In this document: piece after piece, positions 1-12,771 of the stretch
Layout: the number at the start of each line of letters is the position of its first letter
Numbering within the stretch: position 1 is the first letter of the stretch
Source of the DNA: Eledone cirrhosa
Lineage: Eukaryota
Assembly (NCBI GenBank): GCA_964016885.1
Contig: OZ024742.1
Span: 282,038,001 to 282,102,000 of the forward strand
Direction of reading: 5' to 3'
Length of the DNA: 64,000 nucleotides
The notes under the pieces: model-generated
What the model was told of the DNA's origin: nothing
Databases searched by the model: none
The model's input: only the letters and a program-made list of their open reading frames with translations
Translations under genes and position numbers: made by a program

Positions 1-257
1 CACTTATACTATAATACGGACTAGAATGTACCTGTGCTGCAAAGGGCCAGTCTTTCATTACTAATCATGCAAAATATCCCTGTACATTTGTCTGAGGAAT
101 GTTAGAGACACTTGCACTTTAATCTCACAAGCAGACAGTTATATTGATTGAATAACTTGAATGCTCATCGTCGAAACAGACGGAGATTTATCCCGGACAA
201 TAAGTCGGGTCTCAAAACAAGTCTCGTTCCGGATGAATACATACATAGACTTGTATT

Positions 258-419
<162 letters not shown>

Positions 420-965
420 ACACTCATCACTGAAAGCGACGGAAGTCCATTCGATTCCATTTCAGCCTCTTGGGAAATGTTTTCTTTTTTTTGTTAATAG
501 CCTTTGTCCAGACATAGAGAACTACACTTACGACCTTGAAGGTCCTTCTAACGCTTCTTAGATCGATGGCTAACCCACGAAAAGAAACATGACTCCAGTT
601 GATATCTTTCATTTCCTTACTTTGTTTACTTTCAGGTCAAATAGGTTAAGTTGTATCCGACCACAAAATGTTGTGTTACAGTGAAAATAGTGGAATGTTT
701 CTGTAACCAATAGGTGGTATACGTTTAACAGTAGCTGCCACCAGGCATACAATAAACATACTTTCCAAACACTCTTATAAACTATTTACATATACTCCAC
801 ACACATATGGGGGTTTTATTTTTATTTTGTTCTACCTATACTTCATTCTTCATTCACTAATTTTGAATGAATGAAATATATGTGTTTGTGTGTGTTTGTT
901 TGTGTTTGTCTGTGTGTGTGTATTTGTGTACACATACACCACACAGACATATGTGTATATGTATC

Positions 966-1013
<48 letters not shown>

Positions 1014-1015
<2 letters not shown>

Positions 1016-1213
1016 AACCAGTAAGACCCCCACGGCTGAGCTCAAGCCGTTTCGACGGCTAATTCTGGACTAAAATTAGTCCAGAATTAGCCGTCGAAAC
1101 GGCTTGAGCTCAGCCGTCGGGGTCTTACTGGTTCCTATTACCCACTCTACTACCCAAAGTATTGAGTACTTTGGTGCGTTATGGTCCACCTGGTTCCTTA
1201 CCACATTCCCTTC

Positions 1214-1217
<4 letters not shown>
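1014..1217 (+). mobile_element. Family A fold-back element in (TA)n with partial hammerhead
   Basis: Arm ~1014-1073 is the reverse complement of ~1076-1136, followed by an ~80-bp one-sided tail. Contains GAAA-CGGC-ttgagctca-GCCG-TC (HHR helix III + GUC). Flanked by (TA)n on both sides; further copies in the window. Confidence 0.8.
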
Positions 1218-1290
<73 letters not shown>

Positions 1291-1619
1291 ACATACACAC
1301 ACACACACTCACATATATATAAACATACTCATGTGTGTGTGCCCAAACACTCGAGCACACAGTTAAACACAAGCATATGTTTACAAACACAAATGTATAC
1401 TTAATGTTTCGTTTGTATATATTTGAAGAAACATACATATATTTCATGGTTGGGTATATGTGTAAATAGATATGTATGAGTACAAAGGATCAGCTGATAC
1501 TTAACCTCACATACACACGCGTACATACGTGCATTTTGCATTTACATTCGGGCCCGTACTCACATATCCATGCATGCACATATTCATACACATATATATA
1601 TATGCATACCTATACATAC

Positions 1620-2113
1620 ATGATGGCTGCAAACTCTGCTAAGAAGAGTACTGCAATCGCTTGTCATATTATAGAGTTTGGTGCACTTTTAGGCTACCGC
1701 GAGTCACACAAACCTGTAACATAACCTGAACAAGTATACCTGTGCTTTGAAGGGTTTTTTTAAGTGGGGAAAGAACATGCACTCGACCAATCCCACTCTC
1801 TGAGCATCGAAAACCCTACCCGAAAAGGAGAACTGGTCAACATCATCGGATGCTTCCGAAACCGCAGGTTTTTTGTTCAGAGTTTCCCTCTCCTAGAAAG
1901 TTGTGACAACAACTGGAGGCCTTTCACTCCCAAGTGAAAAAAAAAATACTATTTGGATGGTTGTTGACTCTACTGAGTTCCTCCACCCTTTGCCCGGTCT
2001 TGTATTTCATCCAGCAGGGTGTCCAAATATCACCCTCCTCACCAAGCTAGCTTGGTGGGGTTGCCAGTTTAGTCGCTAACGACCCGACCACGAGACAGGT
2101 TGTACTGTGTTAC
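1620..2113 (-). mobile_element. Non-autonomous RTE-like LINE derivative (divergent relative of 13879-14463)
   Basis: Shares gttgccagtttagtcgc..acgacccgacca..agacaggttgtactg and caacatcat..gat segments and the atg.tggctgc.aactc end with 13879-14463; flanked by (TACA)n. Confidence 0.55.
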
Positions 2114-2124
2114 ATACATACATG

Positions 2125-2444
2125 AAGAGTAAAGACCCCCCTTCGGTCACGAATGACCATAGGATTAGCACCTAGAAGTTTCCTACCGAGGAACAAGCCC
2201 AGTTAAGGTGATTTTTGTGGCTGTCAACAGTGGCCCATGTCTTCCAGTTTCCCTTTCTCAACGGCACCGATATTATCTGAGAGAAAAGTTAAGGCCGATA
2301 GTGTTTGGCATCAGTGATGTCGCAATTCATATCTACAGCTGAGTGAACAGGAGCAAGGTGAAATAAAGTGTCTTGCACAACAACACAACGCATCCTCGAT
2401 TCATAATTGTGAATCCTACACTCTAACCACTAAGCCACGTGTCT
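2125..2444 (-). mobile_element. tRNA-derived CORE-type SINE
   Basis: Minus strand reads gtggcttagtggttag (box A) and gtgttgttgtgcaagacactttatttcaccttgctcctgttcactcagctg (CORE-like). Confidence 0.6.
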
Positions 2445-3117
2445 TTACACACACGTGTGTGTGTGTGTGTGTTTGTATAATTACATATATACATCCATAC
2501 ACACACACACACAGATTGTAATTTTTTTTAAATTGAAATTCATTGTCATACGGTCATACCTCCTTTGCTGACAACTTATTTAATGTACCACGGAAATATT
2601 TGAAATCGGCGTAACAAAACAGCTATAGTGATTCAAGGAAGAAAATAATTTTATTAAATAAAAATTTCCCATTAAATTGTATATAAAGAGAGAAAAAAAT
2701 CAGCAAAATAAGGATTTCGGAGCTAATAAATGTAAGAAGGAAAAGAAATAAAGGGGTGGCATTGTGGCATTGCCGCATAGATCAGCCAACGATGACTGCT
2801 GCATCAGCCATTCCACCCCAAGGAGCACCGTCCTCGGGTGAAGTGCCCTTCTCCCGATTATGCGGAAGATAACAGCAATTCGGGAATCAAGGACATTTTA
2901 GGTTAGTAACGGCTCTCTAACGTTTCTGCCACCCACTTCCTTCATTTCTTTCCCTGGTATTGCAGACAGCACTGACATATCTGATTGACCTCCGAGTTCA
3001 GAGTTCTAGGCTAGAAGGTTGAAGTAGAATACTTCAGTGGTAAAGTGGCGAGTATTCTGGGTGCTATATGTTCGGGGTGGTGCGTGCTCGTTTATGAAAA
3101 ACAAATTAGTTTATTTA

Positions 3118-3157
<40 letters not shown>

Positions 3158-3716
3158 TATACACATACACACACACCTCTCTCGTCTCAACTTACAATAT
3201 CCGGTGTTTTACTGAGGTGGGGTGTAATCTAAAGTGTTATCGTACTAGTGATAGTTATGGTAGAAATAGAAGTGTGGGGGGGGGAGGGCGTGGACTGGAG
3301 CAAAGCTAAGGTGGGGTAGTGTCAGTTTTGAAGGTAAAGTAATGGTTCTTCTGTTGTTTTAATGTTGTCACAATAGTGATGTTCATGGAACTACATAGTG
3401 CTGTTGACATGGTTGTTGTTGTTATCGGTGATGGTGGTGGTGGTGGTGATGTTGCTGTCATCGTTGTTGTTATTGTTGTTCTCGCTGTTATTGTTATAAG
3501 CAATAAAATCAGTGATCCCCAACAAAAATACATATGGAAATAAATATATAAAACCAGGATTAGAATGACTTGGAGAAGCAGAACTAAGAGAACCAAGCAG
3601 AACTAAGCGAAATGAGATTTTGAAAGAGAGCGAGAGATTTTCCTATATATTCTCAGCAAATTTCTACTGTGAAGTAATTAAAAATCAGTTGTGGTTTTGT
3701 ATGATTATTATGTATT

Positions 3717-3787
<71 letters not shown>

Positions 3788-3797
3788 TCTCCCCCTC

Positions 3798-3835
<38 letters not shown>

Positions 3836-3915
3836 ACTCACTTTCTCTCTTACTCCCTCACTTTCTTTCTCTATCTATTTCTATATCTCTCTCTTATCCT
3901 TTCTCTCTCTGTCTC

Positions 3916-4115
3916 NNNNNNNNNNNNNNNNNNNNNNNNNNNNNNNNNNNNNNNNNNNNNNNNNNNNNNNNNNNNNNNNNNNNNNNNNNNNNNNNNNNNN
4001 NNNNNNNNNNNNNNNNNNNNNNNNNNNNNNNNNNNNNNNNNNNNNNNNNNNNNNNNNNNNNNNNNNNNNNNNNNNNNNNNNNNNNNNNNNNNNNNNNNNN
4101 NNNNNNNNNNNNNNN
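3916..4115. other. Assembly gap (200 N)
   Basis: Run of N. Confidence 1.
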
Positions 4116-4270
4116 CCTCCTTACATACATGTTTAGCTGCGTGTGTGTGTATTTGTGTATGTGTGTGTGTCTGTGTGTGTCTGTGTGTATGTGCGTGTGT
4201 GAGGGTATTTCCATATTGCTGTTTTTGTGTTATTGCGAATGTAAATGATAATTTTAGAAACAAATTGAAA

Positions 4271-4433
4271 ATAATTGTTTCTACTTTTGGCAAAAGGCCA
4301 GCAATTATCCCAGTGCATTACTGGTACTTCATTTTATCGAACTCATATTGTAAAGGGGCATAACTCTATGCTGCAAAACATGGCTCCCGGCCCTTTACCG
4401 ATACTGCCAATCCATCGACCCATTGCCAATCCA
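4271..4433 (-). mobile_element. tRNA-derived SINE (major family), internally deleted
   Basis: ataattgtttctacttttggc..aggccagcaattatcccagtgcattactggtact matches many other copies in the window. Confidence 0.75.
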
Positions 4434-4786
4434 TTTAATAATTTCAATAACTTAGTTGGAGTCAATATATAATATATCCGTTATAATTACCGTTACAGTT
4501 CACGGGGTGTGTGTGTTTCTACGAGAGTGTGGGATTGTCAGCGTGTGTTATTGTCTGCGTTAGGTGATATCGCCTATGTGTGATTGTCTCTGCGTCTGTT
4601 TACCTTTGAGCTAATTGAAATTTCGAAAATGATGTTCATTAAGAATAATAAGTTTTCTTTCTATTCGTATAAATAATTTCTATTTTTTTAAAATTACTAT
4701 CGGCGCTTCACCTAAATTATGTTAGACTGCTCACAACTACATATTCTCCATGTAGAAGACACCCTTGAGGATTTTCCTAGCTCACG

Positions 4787-4967
<181 letters not shown>

Positions 4968-5932
4968 TAATGCGAGAGCTAGGAAATGTCTGTGTGTGTG
5001 TGCGTGAACATACATATATAATATTTATATACTTGTACATATTCCGCGACCTGAGTATGAATTCGTAATTACGTAAGAATGAGTCGTCGCCTCAATATTT
5101 AAACATCGAGGTAATATTTCTTAATGCGTGGTAAAATAGGCAGACATTTTCATAAAATACCTAAAGTTCATGATGTTTGTCTTTCAGTAGGTGAATCCCA
5201 TTATTGGAAATAATTCACTCGTATTAGACAGACTTCAATCAACATTTTTTTAAGGTGTACACTTCTGGAATTTTGTTTACTGCCGGTGTTTAAACAATTG
5301 AAAGAAAGATTTTTGTCTGATTTAAGGGAGGCTTAGCGTAGAGAAAAACATAATCCTTTTCAAAAACTGTTCTATTTTGATAAAGAACTTTTTAAACCGT
5401 TTATGCATTGCAATATGAAGCACAGAAAAAAAGAATTTGTTTCTCTATATCCTATGATTTATTAGTCTGTGAATGGTCAGTATATATGTGCGTTGTCATT
5501 ATGAATGTGTGGTGGTTGTGGTGTTGGGGGATTTTTGTAAGGTCTGTTTGTGTATCTATGATATGTAAAGGAACGCAACCACACTAACACACATATATGT
5601 GTAACGTCAGTTTCCATTTTCCTTACATCCGATTATTTAAGCAGGAATTGTTTCACCATTATTTTCGGTGTGGCATTTTGAGAATATTTTCAGCGCATCT
5701 TGGTAAACGCCACGGTACGTAGTTGACACTGAATTTCAGTGTTTATATACGATCTGGTAGGGTCGATGAGTGAGAATTCGATGTCAAAATTATCAACATA
5801 CGTATCTGTCTTCTAATTTCCACGCATAGCTAGAGAATACCGTTGTGTTTCCTTCCTGAATTTTAAAAATTTTACCCGCTCTCACACATAGGGTATAGGG
5901 TATATGGAATATATATATACATACATGGGTAA

Positions 5933-6021
5933 TATGAAAAGATTCAAGACAGCTAGATCCGAATTTGGATCTAGCTGTCGAAAGAGCCGGAGCTCAGCCG
6001 TCGAATTCCTGAATCTTTTCA
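5933..6021 (+). mobile_element. Family A-like fold-back variant
   Basis: Outer IR tgaaaagattca/tgaatcttttca, inner hairpin gacagctagatcc/ggatctagctgtc, then gaaa..gagctcagccgtc as in family A; adjacent to TA repeats. Confidence 0.6.
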
Positions 6022-6623
6022 TATATATATATATATAATCTTTTTTTTTGTTGGGGTGGGTGGGAGGCCTGGAATATTACTCTCAAGTGTACATATCTCT
6101 AGAGCTAATTATATTCGGCCTGGGGAATTATCATTATGATACAGTCGTCATATTTTTGTATAGGGGTAATTGTCTACATTCTGATATTATTAATTTATGA
6201 TACTTATGACTGGTTGAAAAGTGCTTCCTCGCTAAGTTTAACACATATCTGGTTATATTAGTTTCTAGATTTTGTACTTTCGATGCATTTAAAAGGACAT
6301 TTTTTTCTTGACATACGATATTTCCAAATGCGATAGTTTAATAAGTGGCATCTTTATTGACGGCTGTTGTATATAGTATATGATATTAATTAATAATATT
6401 TCATTGCATTGGGAATGAGTGATTAGGATCTTTATATATGTACGTTAGTTTTTCGTTCAATTTTCCATATGGTGGATATTTAGCTCTCGCTAAAGTATAA
6501 CATTAAATTTAAGTTAACTGTTTTATGTAGATTGTATGACTATTATTAAATCCCTAATACACACACACTACACACACACAGGTAAACACTTATATAGAGA
6601 CTCTCATACACACTCACACTTAA

Positions 6624-6707
<84 letters not shown>

Positions 6708-6743
6708 TATATCTATATATCTATATATACATGTATATATATA

Positions 6744-7089
6744 CTAGCTGACGTACCCAGCTTCGCCCGGATAAAAAGATGATAGAGAAGACAGGAAAAA
6801 GAGAAAATTACTGTATTGGGTGTTTGTCTGGTTACAGTATGAGGTGAGTCCGTGGTGTCTGTGTGATACAGAAAACAGTAAAAAAAAATCTTCCAGATAT
6901 ACCAGATTCTTCGTTGTACCGTTTGTGCATAGTATATGAACAATTCTAGGTGCTCCCACCTAGAATAGTGACCTCTAGGAGATGGTTCATCTTCTGCCAG
7001 CCTGTAAAAGTGTATCATTGCATAGACGTGGTTGTTCCACGTTTCTCAAAAGGATGATGGAAGTTCCAATCTTTTATATTATATGTAGA
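6744..7089 (-). mobile_element. Non-autonomous Helitron-like element
   Basis: Minus strand starts TC(tacatataatataaaa) and ends with a GC-rich imperfect hairpin ccgggcgaagctggg then CTAG; sits between A and T with no TSD. Confidence 0.6.
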
Positions 7090-7584
7090 TATAGATATAG
7101 ATAATTAATATAAAAGATGTCCGTCAATGTAAAAAAAAAGGTCCCTATTTGCTTCTTTCACAACTCTGTGTATGTTAGACAGACAGACAGGCACACAGAC
7201 AGATAAACTGCGTGGCGATTCTGGGATGCCGCACGCACACACATGGAAAGGCGCACACACACGCAAACTTACACACGCACCCGTGCACTTACACACACGC
7301 ACACACTCACATATGTTGATAGTTTTTTTACTTTCTGTGGAACGCTTCACGCACAAACACAGCGTTCACTTTGCCCTCTCTCTCTCCTCTCACTCCCTCA
7401 TTGGCATTATGCATATTAATTTAAGTTTGGCGTCGTTGAGGTGAGCGGAGTCGTTTGAACCCTATGAACCAATGATAATCGAGAATTATGAAACACGGAA
7501 TACTGACATTGTTGAAATTAATATATAGATATTAGATATATATATGCATATATATATATATATATATATATATGAATTTCAACA

Positions 7585-7623
<39 letters not shown>

Positions 7624-7624
<1 letters not shown>

Positions 7625-8519
7625 GAGGTGTGTCAGAAAAGTTCCAGGGCTGATGACATAAAAGTTTTATTTCAAACCCGAACTTAGCACTAAGAGTTTT
7701 CTACTTCAAAGTAATTCCCCTGGAGTCTAATGCACTTTTCCATCCTTTTCTGCCACGCTTGCATGCACTCCTGGAAGGATTCTTCCGGGATTCTCACAAG
7801 TTTCGTCGTCACGGCCTTTTTGATGTCGTCCACGTCTTCAAAACGGGTCCCCTGCGGGTCGTACTCGAAGATCATGACTCATCACCGGTAAAGACTTCCC
7901 TAGCAAGTCTGGTTCGGTTTCAAGACGCTCGAGGATGTCCTGACACACTTGCATGCGTCGACCCTTCTGGTCATCGTTCAGCAGTTTTGGTACCATCTTC
8001 GCGCAGACTTTCCGCATGTCCAAATCTTCAGTGAGAATCTTCCAGACGCTGTCCTGATTCATGCCAATCTCATTTTCTATCAGTCGAACAGTCAGCCGAC
8101 GATCGCTACGCACCATCTGCCTGACGCGCTCAACGTTGACCTCAGTCCTGGTTGTTGAAGTCCCTCCGCTCCTGGGGTCATCTTCCACTTCCTCGTGTCC
8201 TTCTTTAACCTCTTGCGCCACTCAAAAAGACGTGAGCGTGACATCGTCTCATCTCCATACACTTGCTGCAGCGGAGTTTTTCCCAACCGTACCAGAAACT
8301 TCAAGTTTGTTCGCTGCTCTGTGCTCATTGCTTTACGACCTGAAACAGAGGACATGTATATAAAATTATGAGGAAAAAAGTTTGATCGCTGCAAAGAGCT
8401 AAGATTACAGTTACATACTCCAGGGGGATTACTTTGAAGGAGGAAACTCTTATTATGAAGTGTGGGTTTGAAATAAATCTTTTGTGACGTCAATATTGGA
8501 ACTTTTCTGACACACCTCG
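7624..8519 (-). mobile_element. Mariner (Tc1/mariner) DNA transposon, internally deleted
   Basis: 23-bp perfect TIRs cgaggtgtgtcagaaaagttcca (7624-7646 / 8497-8519), TA on both flanks, transposase remnants inside. Confidence 0.93.
7690..8328 (-). pseudogene. Mariner transposase pseudogene (frameshifts; most of the catalytic domain deleted)
   Basis: MSTEQRTNLKFLVRLGK..FEWRKR / EDDPRSG..DRRLTVR..MRKVCAKMVPKLL (WVPxxL motif) / TGDES..FEYDP joined directly to GTRFEDVDDIK..WQKRMEKCIRLQGNYFE. Confidence 0.9.
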
Positions 8520-8526
8520 TACATAT

Positions 8527-8571
<45 letters not shown>

Positions 8572-8602
8572 ACTATATATATATATATATACATATATAT
8601 AC

Positions 8603-8670
<68 letters not shown>

Positions 8671-8937
8671 GTAAATGATGATGTGCTCTAGCGCTGAGAT
8701 GCCATACAATAACTTACAAAATAGGATGAAGACCCTTAAAAGACGGGAAAAGAAGTTGCCATCGACCACTATAAGGGAATGAACCCATTATCTCCCTGAT
8801 ACCAGCTAGATGCTTTAAACATCAATGTAAGGGAACGCCTTTTTAACTAGAGAACTGGGCAACAGCTTTCAGATGTCCGCAGACAGACTAACAAACAGAC
8901 ATCTATATGTATACAAACAATGTATGGAGTCGAATGC

Positions 8938-8968
<31 letters not shown>

Positions 8969-8969
8969 A

Positions 8970-9010
<41 letters not shown>

Positions 9011-9037
9011 CACGCATATATATATATATATGCATGA

Positions 9038-9908
9038 ATATTTTGTATGTCCAAAGAAATACAGTTTTAGGAAGCCGTAGCTATGCAAACACCGGGTGGC
9101 TAACGCCCTCTGGTGATGTCCAGCAGAAGCAATAGGGACAACCGTCTATGCATTTCATCCTTAACTGGCCTTCGTCAGGACGGTCCCTCCCATCATTTGC
9201 GACTGCTGGACTAGAAGACAGCTGAGAATATATACTTTTCTCGTCTGTGTAAATGAGGTGATTAATCTCATTTGCATATGAAGCTGCATAAGTTGGCTCA
9301 ACTTATAATAAAAAAGAAATAGGATTTCGCTTCAAGCATAGCTTTATACAATATGTATAAATATTTTGTATCTCCAAAGAAATACAGTTTTAGGAAGCCG
9401 TAGCGGTGGTAGGGACTGTCCTGACGAAGGCCAGTTAAGCCTGAAATGCATAGACGGTTGTCCCCCTTGCTTCTGCTGGATATCACCAGATGGCGTTAGC
9501 CCCCTGGTGTTTGCATAGTTACGGCTTCCTAAAACTGTATTTCTTTGGAGATACAAAATATTTATACATATTGTATAAAGCTATGCTTGAAGCGAAATCC
9601 TATTTCTTTTTTATTATAAGTTGAGCCAACTTATGCAGATTTATATGCAAATGAGATTAATCACCGCATTTACATAGACGAGAAAAGTATATATTCTTAG
9701 CTGTCTTCTAGTCCAGCAGTCGCAAATGATGGGAGGGACCAGTCTGACGAAGGCCAGTTAAGGATGAAATGCATAGACGGTTGTTCCTATTGCTTCTGCT
9801 GGACATCACCAGAGGGCGTTAGTCCCACCGGTGCTTGCGTAGCTACGGCTTCCTAAAACTGTATTTCTTTGGAGATACAAAAAGCTATGCTTGAAGCGAA
9901 ATCCTATT

Positions 9909-9913
<5 letters not shown>
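9038..9913. mobile_element. Family B retrozyme-like element: 323-bp monomer, tandem and head-to-head
   Basis: Period 323 (9038/9361; 9421/9744). Left arm 9038-9404 on minus, right arm 9405-9913 on plus; three HHR motifs; (TA)n flanks. Confidence 0.85.
9412..9464 (+). ncRNA. Type I hammerhead ribozyme (family B)
   Basis: gggac.tgtc-CTGACGA-aggc cagttaa gcct-GAAA-tgca-TA-gacgg..gtccc; helix III palindrome ATGCAT. Confidence 0.85.
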
Positions 9914-9983
<70 letters not shown>

Positions 9984-9989
<6 letters not shown>

Positions 9990-10431
9990 CAAGGTCTAGC
10001 AAATAGAGAAAAAGTTTTAAAATATATATTTTAAAATTCGCTGTACTTACTATATGTGCCTTTACCGCGGTTTCAAGTTCCAGAATAAACGGATAATCCA
10101 AGCGGACTTTCATTGAGAAGGGAACAATCTTCAGAAGGCTCTTCCCACTCGGAGAATATAAAATTCCCGAGTTCAAATCACAAACTGACGCCATACAAAA
10201 CCATTTCCAGATGTGAGTGGATGATAGAAGAAATAATTCTGTCTGGTGCCGTGTGCAAAGACAAAAGGCAGGGTGAGCAGGTCAATGTCCTGCCACTAGA
10301 AATAGCAGCAGTCCAAACGGCCAAGTTTTATCTCTACCTTAGGGGAGATTAATAATAATAAAGTATGAATTCCTACGTGTAAAAAATACATATAGGGATA
10401 CAAGTATTATCCAACCGTATGCCAATGTAGT
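9984..10431 (-). mobile_element. Family M TA-embedded HHR element
   Basis: Unique ~450-bp insert bounded by (TA)n and containing an HHR on the minus strand. Confidence 0.65.
10058..10139 (-). ncRNA. Type I hammerhead with extended helix II (family M)
   Basis: Minus strand: gcctt-CTGAAGA-ttgttcc...ggaactt-GAAA-ccgcgg-TA-aaggc; helix I 5/5 bp, helix III palindrome ACCGCGGT. Confidence 0.8.
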
Positions 10432-10479
10432 ATATATATATATATATATATATGTATAAGAGATATTTCCAGGAATAAA

Positions 10480-10640
10480 TTGAACCGTTAAGGTATATCA
10501 TCCTTGCTTATGTCAAATATTTATAAAACATTTTGTATTTTATCTGATGATAGCGTACCAAAATTTTTGGTACCCTTGAAATATATATAACAGAATAAAT
10601 ATGGTTTTATAAATATAGTTTCCATTTATTTAATATCAAT
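10480..10640 (+). mobile_element. Family D single arm with HHR
   Basis: Homologous to 16661-16820; CTGATGA at 10544, GAAA at 10578. Confidence 0.75.
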
Positions 10641-10642
10641 TG

Positions 10643-10733
<91 letters not shown>

Positions 10734-10734
10734 G

Positions 10735-10765
<31 letters not shown>

Positions 10766-10790
10766 GTATATATATATATGTATATATATG

Positions 10791-10821
<31 letters not shown>

Positions 10822-11110
10822 GCATATATATGTATATATATATATATATATATTCATATATATATATACCACAAATGCACATATAGACTATATATATTAT
10901 AGATACGTATATATGTGCATACAAGTACCTACACATGCACAAAAACACCCACATGTACACCCACATGCATATACACACACATAGATAGATATGCATGTGT
11001 ATGTGTGTGTGGAGGTGGCGCGGGGGTGGGTATGTGCGTGTGTAGGTAATTGTATGCACGCACGTGTGTACGTACATATAATATATAAAATCTATGTGTG
11101 TAATTATCTC

Positions 11111-11187
<77 letters not shown>

Positions 11188-11785
11188 GCATACATATACA
11201 TTACACACACGTATATATAACGGCGTGAGTGCTCATATTATGTTTCACTTTTCTCTTCTCCATTTACATTTACATAAAACCAGGGGAGGAAATTATATAT
11301 TCATAAAACATTATGTACAGGAGAGACATCAACAATTAAACTAATGTTTCTTTTCAAGCCAATACAGTGGGTGTGTATTGAGAGCACATTCTTTAAATGA
11401 GCAACGCAATTTTTTCTAATGTTACCTTTTTTCTAAAGTTACCTATTGTCCTCGGCATTGATTTAAGTACTCTTGTCTCTAGACTCTGACCGTATTTTAA
11501 AACGTTTAATACGTGTATTATTATGCCAAGCGCAATGCGACATAAAGTGCAATAATGATAACAATATATATATATAAATAGCGCCTAGTAGGTATTGGCT
11601 ATAATAGATTGAGTGTAGGCAATGTATGGGACATTTTAAAAGCACTTGGCTTACGTTAGTTTACATGGTCAGCCAGATATGTGCGTGTGCGTTTATATGT
11701 GCGTGTCTGTTTATGTGTAGGGGGCGGATTGTGATGTGTGAGAGTCAGTTTGTGTATGTATGTGCCCGTGCGCATTTGTGTAAAG

Positions 11786-12082
11786 GGTATGGCTTAATAA
11801 TCAGGGGTTTGGGCTCATGATCGGAACGCCATGAAACTGAATTCCGATGAGGCATTGTGTACATGAACAAGAGAATTTATTTCACATTGCTCCAGTCTAG
11901 TTGGCTCAAAAAAATGAGATGTATTTTCATTCTAATGGCCAGCATTGTCACACTGTGCCACGGTGAATGACCCCGAAAATTACATTAAATATACACGTGT
12001 CAGTGGCGCTCCGGCAACTTGAACATTAATGTCAGAAATAAGCTGTTCCTCTGATCGAACAACTGGGACACCCGTCGCTGGA
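11786..12082 (+). mobile_element. CORE-type tRNA SINE (decayed)
   Basis: gtatggcttaataatcaggggtttgg..cattgtgtacatgaacaagagaatttatttcacattgctccagt; similar to 20186-20466. Confidence 0.55.
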
Positions 12083-12252
12083 CCCAACAACAAAAGGTGT
12101 TTGTGAATGAGTGCGTGTGTGTGCGTGTGCACGTATGTGCATGTGTGTATCTGTCTATTTTCTTTGAGATATATTTACGTTCGTCTTTTCAGTGTTCAAG
12201 AGGGAGAGAAAGAAAGAAAGAGAGAGAGAGGGGCGGGGAGGGAGGGAGAGAG

Positions 12253-12330
<78 letters not shown>

Positions 12331-12354
12331 GTGGGGGGGGGGGGAGGGAGAGAG

Positions 12355-12445
<91 letters not shown>

Positions 12446-12587
12446 CAGAATTGGAGACGAATAGATAGATGTAGAGATAGATATCGAAAGACCGTGTGTG
12501 ACAGTCTGATAATTGTCCAACCCTGGTTCTTTTTTGATCGAGAAAAGATATTTGCGTATGTGTCTATGTGCGTAAATATATATTTAC

Positions 12588-12756
12588 ATAATTGTTTCTA
12601 CTTTTGGCACAAGGCCAGCAATTACTCAGTACATTACTGATACTTTATTTTATCGACGCCGTAAGGATGAAAGGCAGAGTTAACATCGGCGGGATTAACT
12701 TTGCCTTTCATCCTTACGGGGTCGATAAACTAAAGTACCAGTAATGTACTGGGTAA
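12588..12756. mobile_element. Major SINE in head-to-head fold-back arrangement
   Basis: 12622-12683 is the imperfect reverse complement of 12695-12756. Confidence 0.75.
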
Positions 12757-12771
12757 ATATATATTTATATA

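Noticed and set aside
3620-4363. ORFs spanning the N run
   Set aside because: Artefacts of the assembly gap.
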